Source: Octopus bimaculoides (Eukaryota). Taken from it: DNA of 49,898 bases. The notes under the pieces were generated by a model that was not told the origin of the DNA, ran no database searches, and saw nothing but the letters and a program-made list of their open reading frames with translations. The translations under genes were made by a program, and so were the position numbers. Positions 22,304 through 34,145 of the stretch are shown one piece after another. The DNA is taken from contig NC_068981.1 in assembly GCF_001194135.2 (NCBI RefSeq), positions 78,667,681-78,717,578 of the forward strand. Reading direction: 5' to 3'. How positions within the stretch are numbered: position 1 is the first letter of the stretch; each line of letters begins with the position of its first letter.

Positions 22304-23790
22304 AAGATGCCCCGCAAAACTGGTGAGGTCAAACTCTGGAGATCCTTGCACAAGCCTCTTCCTCTGATTTGGAAAGCCTCCCCGAGAGCATACACATAGG
22401 AGAGGAAACAATGTTAACTGCTNNNNNNNNNNNNNNNNNNNNNNNNNNNNNNNNNNNNNNNNNNNNNNNNNNNNNNNNNNNNNNNNNNNNNNNNNNNNNN
22501 NNNNNNNNNNNNNNNNNNNNNNNNNNNNNNNNNNNNNNNNNNNNNNNNNNNNNNNNNNNNNNNNNNNNNNNNNNNNNNNNNNNNNNNNNNNNNNNNNNNN
22601 NNNNNNNNNNNNNNNNNNNNNNNNNNNNNNNNNNNNNNNNNNNNNNNNNNNNNNNNNNNNNNNNNNNNNNNNNNNNNNNNNNNNNNNNNNNNNNNNNNNN
22701 NNNNNNNNNNNNNNNNNNNNNNNNNNNNNNNNNNNNNNNNNNNNNNNNNNNNNNNNNNNNNNNNNNNNNNNNNNNNNNNNNNNNNNNNNNNNNNNNNNNN
22801 NNNNNNNNNNNNNNNNNNNNNNNNNNNNNNNNNNNNNNNNNNNNNNNNNNNNNNNNNNNNNNNNNNNNNNNNNNNNNNNNNNNNNNNNNNNNNNNNNNNN
22901 NNNNNNNNNNNNNNNNNNNNNNNNNNNNNNNNNNNNNNNNNNNNNNNNNNNNNNNNNNNNNNNNNNNNNNNNNNNNNNNNNNNNNNNNNNNNNNNNNNNN
23001 NNNNNNNNNNNNNNNNNNNNNNNNNNNNNNNNNNNNNNNNNNNNNNNNNNNNNNNNNNNNNNNNNNNNNNNNNNNNNNNNNNNNNNNNNNNNNNNNNNNN
23101 NNNNNNNNNNNNNNNNNNNNNNNNNNNNNNNNNNNNNNNNNNNNNNNNNNNNNNNNNNNNNNNNNNNNNNNNNNNNNNNNNNNNNNNNNNNNNNNNNNNN
23201 NNNNNNNNNNNNNNNNNNNNNNNNNNNNNNNNNNNNNNNCTGCAGGCTTTCTCAACTCTCCTGAATGGCTATGAGAATATCATGTCTCCTAGTCGGATGG
23301 GAGGGAAGGGAGGGGTTGTAGTTTTACTCCGGAAAAACTTGGCTCTGCAGACTCGTACAATCTTCGTGGACCCAGAAGGCGAGTCGGTCGTTCTAGATCT
23401 GACATAGAGGTAAGGCCTTCAGGTTGGTTGGTATTTACGCGCCTAACACACTAGGCAAACGGAATGAGTTTTATCAACGTCTGGAGAATTTTCTGGCGAC
23501 GTCAAAGACACTAGTTTTGTTAGGAGATTTTTAACACTATTCTCGATGCACGCCTGGATAGCGTAGGCTCGAACGATAGGAAATGTGAGTCCCGCCTTGT
23601 CGATCTGCTGAAGCGATTTAGGCTGGTAGATCGATTCAGATTTGATAATCTGAGCGTGCCAATGTAGACTTGGACTAATCACGGCGGATTAATCGGGTCT
23701 TACATAGACAGGATTATAGTTAATGCTAGAGATAAGTCTAGTTTTAGCCGTCCACAGTTTACCTATGTACCCTACACAGATCACCTTCTT
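22304..23790 (+). pseudogene. L1/Tx1 LINE remnant: ORF1 fragment and ORF2 apurinic endonuclease
   Basis: ESLPESIHIGEETMLT resembles ORF1 at 19803-20900. After the gap: GGVVVLL, VDPEG, FRLVGIYAP, VGDFNTILD, SYIDRI and TDH, with stops and frameshifts. Confidence 0.85.
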
Positions 23791-24186
23791 TTCAAGGCCA
23801 AGGTCAGCGCTCTCAGTGGTCACTGTTGACCCAAAGGGTGCAAAGATTCTTTTGTCCCTATGGCTGACCGCCTCACCATCTGCCGAACCTGTTTATAGAC
23901 CTGTAGAATTTGATCTATTCACCAAGCTGCTACTCATATTCCAACTATTTCCTTCAACAACCACATATTTATTATTATCTCAAGTACAAGACCAAAGTTG
24001 AGAATAAAGAACATTTAATAAAATCTTTTAATAATAACTGAAAATAGTAATAAAGATGATAACAATAGTAGTGGTGGTGATGGTGATAATGATGAAAATA
24101 AAAATAAAAATAATATGCTGCAGCTGCTACTACTATAACTTACTACTATTCTGATAGCACAGAAATCTGAGGCCCAACTACTCTCG

Positions 24187-24948
24187 ATGGAAATTTCTGT
24201 GTTAAACCGAAAAGAGAAAGTGGAGCTTAAAAGCGAACAAAAATACAGGACGCTGAAAAGGAAGTATAATATTGAAAGAAAGGGCCTGAGAGTGGTAATG
24301 GAGGAACTGAAACAGCGCCTCGTTTCAAAGAAAGCAAAGGTGGTAAGATTCGACCAAAGAATGAAGGGTTACCACCAGAATAGGTTATTCAGAGTAGATC
24401 AGAAGAGATTCTATAAAGAAATAAATGGAGAGTGTACAGATGAAAAATTGATACCAAATAACAGCGAAAGTCAAAGGTTTTGAAGTGACATCTGGAGCAA
24501 AGACAAGGAGCACAAGAACGATGCTGAATGGCTGCAAGAGCTGAAATAAACAGTAGTCTGTCCAAAACAGGCAAGACTAGTCGTTTCAGTTAAGGAAGTA
24601 AAGGAAATCAGCAAAAATATGAGCAACTGGAAGGCCCCGGGACCAGATGGAGTTCAAGGCTACTGGATCAAAAGGTCAAGTTAGCTTGGGAGGTTAAGCA
24701 GTTGTGGTCGATGAAAAAAGGTGGTAGTAGTACCAATAACTGTCGGAGCCCTGGGAACAGTGAGCAAAAATCTTGAGAAGTACATGGAACAAATAGGGGC
24801 TGCAATAAGGGTGGAGCACTTGCAGAAAACAGCACTGCTTGGAACCGCTCGAATACTTTGGAAGATGCTCGAAAAATAAGAGGTGTTACCTTAGTTTACT
24901 GGTAGTGAACGGCTCCAGCGTTGGAAGCTGTGCAAAGGCAACAACAAC

Positions 24949-24993
<45 letters not shown>
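24187..24993 (+). mobile_element. R4/Dong-clade non-LTR retroelement with large internal deletion and (AAT)n end
   Basis: EELKQRL...QNRLFRVDQKRFY...WKAPGPDGVQGYWIK is joined near 24675 to KLAWEVKQLWSMKK-VVPITVGALG...LQKTALLGTARIL. An (AAC)(AAT)n tract follows at 24940-24993. Confidence 0.8.
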
Positions 24994-24994
<1 letters not shown>

Positions 24995-25464
24995 GTTTCA
25001 AATTATGCCACAAGTGTCACAATTTTTAGGGAGAAGGCATTAGTCGGTTACATCGATGCCAGGCTGCAAATAAAAAAAAAACAAAAAATAGAATTTAGTT
25101 TGAAGAATTATTGTCAACTGAAACTGAAAAGTGGGAAAAGTAGCAAGGAGAGGTGGATTGGTGTTGACCTCCAGAGAAGTTACCAAAGTGATTGACCTGA
25201 ATGAAAGCATACAAATGCCTCTTTATCTGGGAAGTAGATAAAATACTTCATAACGACATGAAATATATCAGCCGAAAAGAATGCTACAGACATACTAAAA
25301 AATCAATGGAGACAGCACAATGATAGTTATAAATTCATGGGTAATGTTACTTGTAAGGTACGGTATATGTATAGTAGACAGACAGAAAGAAAAGTTGCTA
25401 AAAAAAAGAAAAGAAAATGGACAGGAAGACAAGAAAAAACTAAACGCTGAACCGGTTATAACCA

Positions 25465-25845
25465 TTCCTAGGGTGATATAAAATTAATATATGTCCCCGA
25501 GAAAGAAAGAGGCAGAGACCAACAAAGCATAACTGAATGTGTTGAGAGTGAGGAAAACAATTTAGTTAAGTATATTAGAATAATCAATGAGAAATTAATA
25601 AATGAAGTCATACAAGAAGGCCTGCCGCAATGTATGTAAACCATAAGTGATGATGTGAAAAAAAAAATGAGGAAGAGACAAAGAAAATTGTGGAAAAACA
25701 AGACGTTACATGGACAGAGAAGAAATAAGAAGTATTGAATCTGAGAAGTGGCTATAAAAAGGCGTTTTGAAGAAGGTAACGGAAGGATTAATATTTGTAG
25801 CTCAAAATCAAACTCTTTCCACAAGCTGCATAAAGAAAAATAACT
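25465..25845 (+). pseudogene. Second R4/Dong-type fragment (post-RT region)
   Basis: LIYVPEKERGR...ITECVESEENNL...EKWL*KGVLKKVTEGLIFVAQNQTL. Confidence 0.65.
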
Positions 25846-26389
25846 AGGTTTAAGAAATAATTCATCGTTCGAATTAAGATATCACTTATATTTTCATAAT
25901 TATCATTATATGATACTGAGCTAGCGGAATCGTTACAGAGTCGGACTAAATGCCTTGCAGTACTTCTCCGGCTCTTTGTGTTCTGAGTCTCAATTACGCA
26001 TAGATAATATAAAGTACCTGTTAAATACATGCGTCGTATGTATCAATTTGTTCCTCCCTCCCACATCACCAACCCAAAAATAGTTGGCCTTGTGCTTTTT
26101 TTCAGAAAATTATTATTATTAGATATTATCAATAAATTTTTAAATATCGAAAATGAAACGTTGTATTTTGTTATCATGACCGGAAAATAGTCATTATTTA
26201 TCAAAGAAAATCATCGTCAAGCCTTACCATCCCTATTGAACAACACAACTAAAATTTATAAACTCATTACAGATACTAGAGCTCACCAGCTCTTGCAATC
26301 TTTTAAGGCGACGACAAATCTGTAAGCATGCTAAAAACTGTACAGCTAGATATCTTAATTAGTGTCAGAAAACATTTCAGTTTGAGACA

Positions 26390-27100
26390 ACTGATGGCCC
26401 TCTACGGAGCATGGGTGTGACCCGTATTAAAGTACTGCTCACATGTCTGAGGCGGAGCAGCTGCTGCCTATATAACTGTTTTAGGCTACATCTAATCAAA
26501 AGCTGTCGTTCGCCTGATTGACAATAATTCACTCTAACTACTGCAACTGCAAGCCCACAGACACACTCTTTTCCCTCTTTGCTTCTTCTATCGCTTCTGT
26601 AATGGTTTCTACCGCTGCTAATATAAACCGCTTGTTTAACAAAGATTCACTTTTTAACATGTCAACTCTTACTAGCCCTACAGACACATTGTTTGATTTC
26701 CGGGATTTTCTAAATTTTCTAACTGAAGGAACATTATTTTTCCATTGAAATAAAATTTAACTGTTCAAAAAGAGGCTTATTTGTATTAACTTTATTTTCA
26801 TTCGAATAAAAAATAAATTTATTATCCAGTGACGAAACTTACAGCCACAGTTTCCTTTTTTTCCCGTCTCTTCTCCAGGTACTACTCTTACAACCAAATA
26901 AGCAGTGTACTACCTCCTCTCCGATCAACCCGAATGAACTGGGACTCCTCAGCTCACAACCTTTGTTGTGTCTTACCAACCAAACTTTGCACTAAACATT
27001 TCTCTCCAAACTAAAACACTTTGGTTCTCTAACGCTACTTGCAGTATCCCCACAAGCGTCATCTTCAAGAATTTTAAAATGGACATCACTTTCAATGACC
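26390..27100 (+). pseudogene. CR1/L2-supergroup LINE RT C-terminal remnant, interrupted
   Basis: LYGAWV*PVLKYCSHV*GG...AVRLIDN, then LFSRYYSYNQISSVLPPLRSTR. Confidence 0.55.
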
Positions 27101-27724
27101 TCGCGAGTCTGAGAATGTCGGCAAAAGTCACATTTGGCGGCACTCTTTCAACGAGCATACAGTATAGATGAAAAACAATAATATTTGAAAGAAAAATTTC
27201 TAATATTGGAGTCGGTTTAAAAATGTTTGTACCCTGTCCAGAAATGCGAGACCTGGTTCCTACGTAAAGAATCAGTTAATTACTTGACAATTAATTACTT
27301 CTAAGTCCATCAGTTCGGTTTTGTAGAGCAGAAACCAAATTCTCTTTTTTACATAGCGAATAAGACTTCGTGAAAGGTGTCAACCGTCTCGGTTTCATCC
27401 AAATACTCACACACAGTGCTCACGATAGCAAATAATTGCGTTAGTACGCCACTCTTCCTTTTCTTTTTCCCTCTGTTCAACAGGAAGTGAGGGCTTGCAG
27501 GAAAGAAGAGTAGTTCAACACCCCATTTCAAGTGATTGTGAGAAATGAGAAAATCCCCTGAGAAGAAATGTTGATTCAGACGAATAAACTGATGTTTGTA
27601 TACATGTGGAAGTACAAACCATAATGGAATTAGAAGAATTTCAATACCCATGAGATCGTAAATATGTTTAGGCAAACGATAGATGTAAGCTATTTTTAGT
27701 GATTAAATAACATTGCCGCAAGGA

Positions 27725-27905
27725 AAGGCGGTGCACCAACAGACTCGCTATCGCATTGGACAAAAGGCTTAGCGACATTTCTTCCGGCTCTCTACGTTCT
27801 GAGTTCAAATGGAACTTGTCTTTCATTGATTTCAGGATCGATAAAATAAGTACCAGCTGAGCACTGGGATCGATGTAACTGAGTACCTCCCTCTCCACGA
27901 ATTTC
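27725..27905 (+). mobile_element. Major-family SINE, decayed
   Basis: tacgttctgagttcaaat...gatcgataaaataagtaccagctgagcactgggatcgat. Confidence 0.75.
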
Positions 27906-27984
27906 AAAAAAAGAAAAAGAGAGGTAACATTTCAAAGAGCATATCAATAGGGTTATATATATATATATATATATATATATACTC

Positions 27985-29150
27985 GTTTTAACCATGCGCC
28001 TGAAGCACCACCGTGATTTTGTATTTTTACATATCATTCTTCTTTGGCTGATTTTTTCATGGTGGTGGGATTGTATATCACCATTTCTGTGTGTGCTTTT
28101 TGTCTTTGTTGTTGGTCCATTTGGTATGTAATGAAGTTTGACACTGTTCCTACATCTGTACTTCTTGTCGGGCTGTTGGTTCATCCAATATTGTGGAGCG
28201 GGAAATGTTTAGTTCCTTTTTGATGACATCCAGTCCACATTATGAAGGTTTCTTGATTTACTTTTTTGGCGGGGTATTGAAAAGCTGTGGACTTTTGAAC
28301 CCTAAGCTATTGCAGTACTTAGTCCCAATTTTAGATAGAGTGGGAAGAACCTTGTGGGGTGGGGTGAATGGCGTCCAGTTTGGAAATTCATATAACACTC
28401 GGTGCCGAAATTAGGTACTAGCTCTTCCAGAATTTTCCATATATAGATTTTTACATATCTGTTCGCCTTCGCTCCAAGGAATGAAGTCATAGTTTTTTCA
28501 GCCTCTCCCAGTAGTGCATCTGCTACACTGTCTCAATCTTTTTAGTGTAGTGACGTTGGACTTTTTCAACCTTCACTGTTAGTTTAGCACTATGTTTGAC
28601 CACAGCTGAGAACAATAGTTCAGCCGGCTGACAACAAAGGTCCTCCACAGGATGAACATGACATCTTGGTCTTGAAGGATCTTAGTATCCATCCTGCCAA
28701 TTATCTGCATGTTACTGCCGTTGTTGTTTAGAAAAAAATGTTTTCCTGAAAACAAACTTGTAAAAATTATCAATGGATTAATTTATATTGCTTTCTCATT
28801 CCTTGAAACGAGGAAGATGTAGCTGGTATTTTTTTAATTATTTTTAATTTTAAAAAATCTTTTTTATACCTACTGATCCCTAAATCTCTCACTGTCTGTG
28901 ACTCTGGGATTGCAGTCCATTTGAGTCCTATATATGCAGGCTGCATTTATGAGCTGATAGCGCAATGCTTGAAATTTTCCAGCATTAAACTGCATGTTAT
29001 TATCTTCAGCCTGCTTGTATATTGCATATAGCTTGTGACATCGTTTGAGTTCTCTATTGCCTGTTATAATTTTGTATCATCAGCATAGTTAGTGACAGTG
29101 GTTGTCTGAGTGATCATGGATATGTCTGAAAGAGCTATTATATCCCTATT
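27985..29150 (-). pseudogene. 5'-truncated CR1 LINE (RT C-terminal half)
   Basis: Minus strand YADDT (about 29070-29085), FVVSRLNYCSQLWS and YIWKILEELVPN. A (TA)n tract lies at the 3' end. Confidence 0.85.
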
Positions 29151-29164
29151 ATTTATATTTTTTA

Positions 29165-29555
29165 AACCATGGTACTTATTCTATCGATTTCTGATTCCAA
29201 ACCGCTTTGTTTCAGGGACGTAAACAACCCAACATTGATTGCCAAACGGAGATGGGAGGGGACATTCGCAAAGTCGCTCTCACACACATACATATACATA
29301 TATATATATATATACATACACATATATTTATATACACACTCACACACACATATACACGCGCACGTACGCACGCACGCACACACACACACACACACACGAC
29401 GGTCTTCTTTCAGTCTCCGTATATCAAATCCAGAAACAAAGCTTTACTCGGCCCGAACCTATAATAGAAAACACTTGCCCAAGTTTCCACGCAGTAGGAT
29501 TGAATTAGAAACAATGTGGTTGGGGAACAAACTTCTTAAACCACAGCCATATAGC
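29165..29555 (-). mobile_element. Composite SINE: tRNA head, CORE-like segment, internal TA/TG microsatellite, 3' tail
   Basis: Head and core at 29398-29555 match 1621-1763. Microsatellite at 29280-29397. Tail ggtacttattctatcg. Confidence 0.8.
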
Positions 29556-29749
29556 CCGAAGCTCACAGGCGAAAGAGCACATCCTTATTTGGTGTTGTAC
29601 CGTACCCCCTCAGCGAAGGTCTGCGATACCGTAATTGAACAGTAAGATGACTAATCATTTTTACTTGATATGCTTTTAAATCAGTAATCCAACATCTAGT
29701 TTGTTCGACGTGCCTTATTAAGTTTTATTTCTCAATTTTGCGCAGCCGC

Positions 29750-32700
29750 ATGGCTGAAACGAGTAAAACAGTAAAATCGTCGGAGGTCAATGCTGTTGAC
29801 CAAAAAATATTCGAAACGGTCAGTTGTTCACTCCTCGCAGCAAGTCAATTGAAACTGTTCGTTTTCCAAAATGTTCTTGTCTTTCGGTACAAAACTAAAG
29901 CAGCGGAGCAAATAAACAAAATGGAGACAAGAGAAATAAATTAACACATCAACAGGAAAAAAAAAAAAAGAAAAAAACCAACCCAACAGCAATTCTCTGT
30001 CTAGAATGTTTTTTTTTTTTTTGTTAAGTGTTGGTATAACATTTATGTTGTATTAGCTGTTTCACATATCTCATATTTGTTGAATGTAAATAAGACAGTC
30101 AAATACGTTGATTTCAAACTTTGGTACAAAGCCAGCAATTTTGGATAAGGGTGTAAGTTGATTACATTGACACCAGTACTCAAATAGTACTTATTTTATC
30201 GATCCGGAAATGATGAAAGGCAAAGTCGACCTCGGCGGAATTTGAACTCAGAACGCAACGACAGACGAAATACCGCTAGGCATTTCGCCCGGCGTGCTAA
30301 CGATTCTGCCAGCTCGCCGCCTTAAGACAGTCAAATATATTTATTTCTTTATTCCCCACAGGGGGTTAAACACAGTAGGGGACAAACAAGGACAGATAAA
30401 GGGATAAGTTGATTACACCGACCTCAGTGCGTAACTGGTACTTATTTAATCGACCCCGAAAGGATGAAAGGCAAAGTCGACCTCGGCGGATTTTGAACTC
30501 AGAACGTAACGGCAGACGAGACAGTCAAATATGTTAATAAGACAACTTATATTTGAAAACAAAAAAAAAAGGACATATCCTTCAAGTCAGCAATTGGTGT
30601 TAACAATTATTGAATTTAACGATTGGCTCATTTAAAGAAAGTAAAACCAGCCTACCAATGTTTATTGCTACCCAAAACTCCTCCAGTTAAATACCAAGAA
30701 TTTATTAAATTCAGATTGAACAGTAGTTGGTATTCAAAAAAAAAACATAAATTTAGAATTTCAGTATTATTTCAACGTAGAAAATGCAGCGGACAGAGGT
30801 AAGCTGATAATTTGGAAAGCAGAATTCTTTCAATGTAGGTCTTATTTAAACTTCCTATCATATGAAAAATATTTTATTTATATATACATAAAGAGTACAT
30901 TTAACCTTATAATTCATAAGACTGTATATGAGGCTTATGCAGTATTTGGTTTTAAATGAATAAGACAAACATGCAAGCACATATGTATAAACGATAGTTA
31001 TAGAAGTTCAGATTTTTTTATCCAATTTTCTTCCTTGATTATTGACAGTGAATTTGAAATCATATTATTTAACTGTATTTAATCGTTGCTCTTTTAAAGG
31101 GCACGACTTTATTAGATATCTTGATTTTATTATTATTTATTTATTACATTTACCTTTCATAGAGAGCAAAAACCGTTTCTCTGTGAGTTTCAGCTATTCC
31201 TGGAATATCGTACCAACTTTTAAAGTGTACAGTAATTTAGACACAAACTAGCACTTTCTACATTCTCATAAATTTGAACTCAGCCTTTCACGTTCAAAGC
31301 ATTAAAACTAGTCTACAATGGACTTGTTTCAAAAGTCTTGCTAATTCAATATTGGTTTCAAATTCTGGCACAAGGCCAGTAATTTAAGGGGAAAGGGGGA
31401 AGTCGATTACATCGATTCTCAGTCTTTAACTGGTACTTATTTTATCGACCCTGAAAGGATGAAAAGCAAAGTCGACCTCGGTGGAATTTTTACAGATTTA
31501 ATATTCCGATCTTATAATTAGCATCAATGTTGTGTTAATATCAATGAGGATTCTGAAAAATTACATTTGAATATTAAACACAAGTCATGTGTCCAAAAGC
31601 AACTTAACAATACAAATAAGTTACTTAATTTAATCAACTTAACCCTTTCTAGGAAATGAACACGTCCTGAATGATAACTGATAATACATAAATAAAAATA
31701 ATTCTCACATGATCTATTGGGGCTTGAACTAGTATCAATTAATTACCTAAGTTTCAAATGTATTGACTTTTGTGTATGCTTGGAAATAAATCGTGTATGG
31801 CAAAGAAAAGAAGAAAGAAAGTTGAGTCCTTTGCTTTTTCTTTTAAAAGTTTAATTTTTTTGTAAAGAAATCCGTATGCAATTCATTTAAATATATTTTA
31901 CGGTAAAATTTATTGTTTGCCGGCTTGAACCCAAGAAAATAGGTTATAGTTTTGGTCATGTTTTGTTTATTTTGATGAATATGAGGAAGGAATACTATTA
32001 TACTAATGAAGAAAAAAACTATATGATTTGTGTTCTAAAAGTTACTGGAAAATTTTGAAAATATGCCTGTTTTAAGTGTTTTTTCTGCTGTGTTACAATA
32101 GCCGTCTGTTATGATGTTGGATTACGGTGAGCAAATTTTTAAAAAATCAAGACAGGAAAACTTCTCAATTTACATATGTTTGCTTTTAATGTATGAGAAT
32201 ACTAATCATCATTATACTTTAAATCATTTTATGAAAAAAATATTAAATTATATATTATTAAAATTACTATATATATATATATATAAAGCCACACGGCTAA
32301 TCACTTGAATTGTACGTGTTGGTTTATACGAAGTCTAAGTTAAAATACTTTAAATCGAAGCTGAAAATTCTAAAATCTAAAAGAATTGTAGCAAAACTGT
32401 CTTTTAAAGCATACGAAATCAAGCTGGAAGATATTTACGAAGACTTTTTTTTTAATTAAAAAAAAAAAAGAAACAAATTACAGTCCTGAAGCATTCTTTC
32501 AGATCATCAGAACCCAGTGTCTCAAAACAAAGAGTAATGTTGGAAAACGGACATGTCTGGATATCTCATGTTGGCTATAATTATATTTTAAAACGAAAAT
32601 TACAGTGGAATTTAGATATTGTCTTGCAAGCTGTAGGGTAGATATGCTACAGTGAAAATATTCTGAAAAAATGTGGTAGTTCGCAAGGAATTTTATTGGA

Positions 32701-33824
32701 AACGATATTGTGACTGCACCTTAACTTATCAACAGGGCTTCTATGTAAAATCTTTTCTATTCTCGGTACAAGGCCTGAAATTTTAGGGGAGGAGACAGTC
32801 GATTAGATCGACCCCAGTACGCAACTGCTACTTAATTTATCGACCCAGAAAGGATGAAAGGCAAAGTCGACTTCGGCGGAATTTGAACTCAGAACGTAAC
32901 GGTAGACGAAATATTACTAAGCATTTCGCCCGGCGTGCTAACGTTTCTGCCAGCTCGCTGCCTTCAGTGTAAAATTATGCACCAATAATACTCGACACAA
33001 GCTAAATCTAACTCAGAATATCTCACGATTCATCAGAAATTTTAAATGTATTTCTAATTTCTTTGAAATCATTAGCGGATAACTATTTGATAGTTACATA
33101 TACTTCAAAGAAAATAAGGGTTTTTTTTTTCACTTTTTACTGTAACTTTTGCATTAGGAGAAACAATTTTCCATTCATATCATGCATAAATGTATTGTTC
33201 AGCCCAATGGATTTCGAAGGGGGGAAAATAGGCGGTTACATTCTTGTCTTTCCTAAGAGTATTTGGTAAGTGAAATAACTACAATCAGGAATTGAACTTC
33301 AGTTACAAGAAACATTTTAGTTAGTAGACAAGTAATATACATTTTACGGTATTGTTTTTTAACACGTTACATGACGAATTAACTGATATTAGTTCAAGTC
33401 TCAATAGTTACGTGATAACTATAAAGAATTTTCGAAATTCGCAGTTATATTGCTTAAAGAAATTAAATTTACGCTCTTATATATTTTACAGGCTGCTCTA
33501 CTTTTACTACTTCGCAATGTAAATGTTTATGATTCACAATTTTTTTTTTTTTAAGGTGGGGTAGATGCACCTGGAACACCGGTCGAACGCTAGGAAATCG
33601 ATTCTTTTGTGATCCATACCTAGATGTTTGGGCGATTGGCAGCATGCCATCGGTTTGTTTATCTGGGCAAACTTGGAGCAAATCAATGCTGTTTCAGAAT
33701 AAACTATAACTGAGTTTTATATTTTCTACCTTCAAGTTAAACGTCTTCGAAGAATTTTGCTAGTTTTTTTTTCTTTTTACTTCTCTCCAGATCAATCCTA
33801 GTCGAATAAACCTTGGGATCAATG
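29750..33824 (+). CDS. Candidate small upstream coding exons of the gene ending at 36646
   Basis: GT-AG exons 29750-29818, 30765-30798, 31163-31182, 32102-32126, 32503-32533, 33203-33265, 33556-33652 and 33791-33824 splice without stops into 34146. Picked by eye, with no transcript support. Confidence 0.35.
30106..30322 (-). mobile_element. Major-family SINE, full length
   Basis: Complete head, core and tail. TSD taagacagtcaaata. Confidence 0.92.
30338..30518 (-). mobile_element. Major-family SINE, 5'-truncated, alternative 3' tail
   Basis: Same core but tail ccccacagggggttaaacac...ggacaaacaaggacag. TSD agacagtcaaata. Confidence 0.88.
31353..31490 (-). mobile_element. Major-family SINE, 5'-truncated
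   Basis: ggtttcaaattctggcacaaggccag...atcgaccctgaaaggatgaaaagcaaagtcgacctcgg. Confidence 0.85.
32753..32964 (-). mobile_element. Major-family SINE, full length
   Basis: Complete copy flanked by tgtaaaat on both sides. Confidence 0.92.
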
Positions 33825-34145
33825 GTATTCCAGTCTTTTTAATAGTCGAATTATATAAGCTAATGTTTTCTTATTTAAAACAATAAACTGTGCTATATTG
33901 AAATTTAGACAATGCTTTGCTATATTTATTCTGGCTCTTTGCTTTCTAAGTTCCTACTTCACCGGGGTCATCTTTACTCTTATTCTTTCGACAAAGATGA
34001 AATAGGAGTACAATACTGCTGTTTAATCGTGTATGTCCTCCAAATTTGTGGTTGTTAGTATACTTAAATCAGAAGAATAAAGAAAAGCGTTTGAATGATT
34101 TGTAATTTTGAAAAATTGATTTTTAAACATTTTACTATTTTTCAG

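Noticed and set aside
27349-27675. 108-aa minus-strand ORF
   Set aside because: No motif; it crosses a plus-strand polypyrimidine tract that explains its Lys/Arg run.
33492-33555. 27-nt exon plus 37-nt intron, or a single exon joined by a T-run correction
   Set aside because: The intron looks too short and the alternative needs an unverified homopolymer fix, so it was left out of the model.
33620-33645. DVWAIG resembling protein-kinase subdomain IX
   Set aside because: No APE, DFG or HRD motifs in any linked frame.
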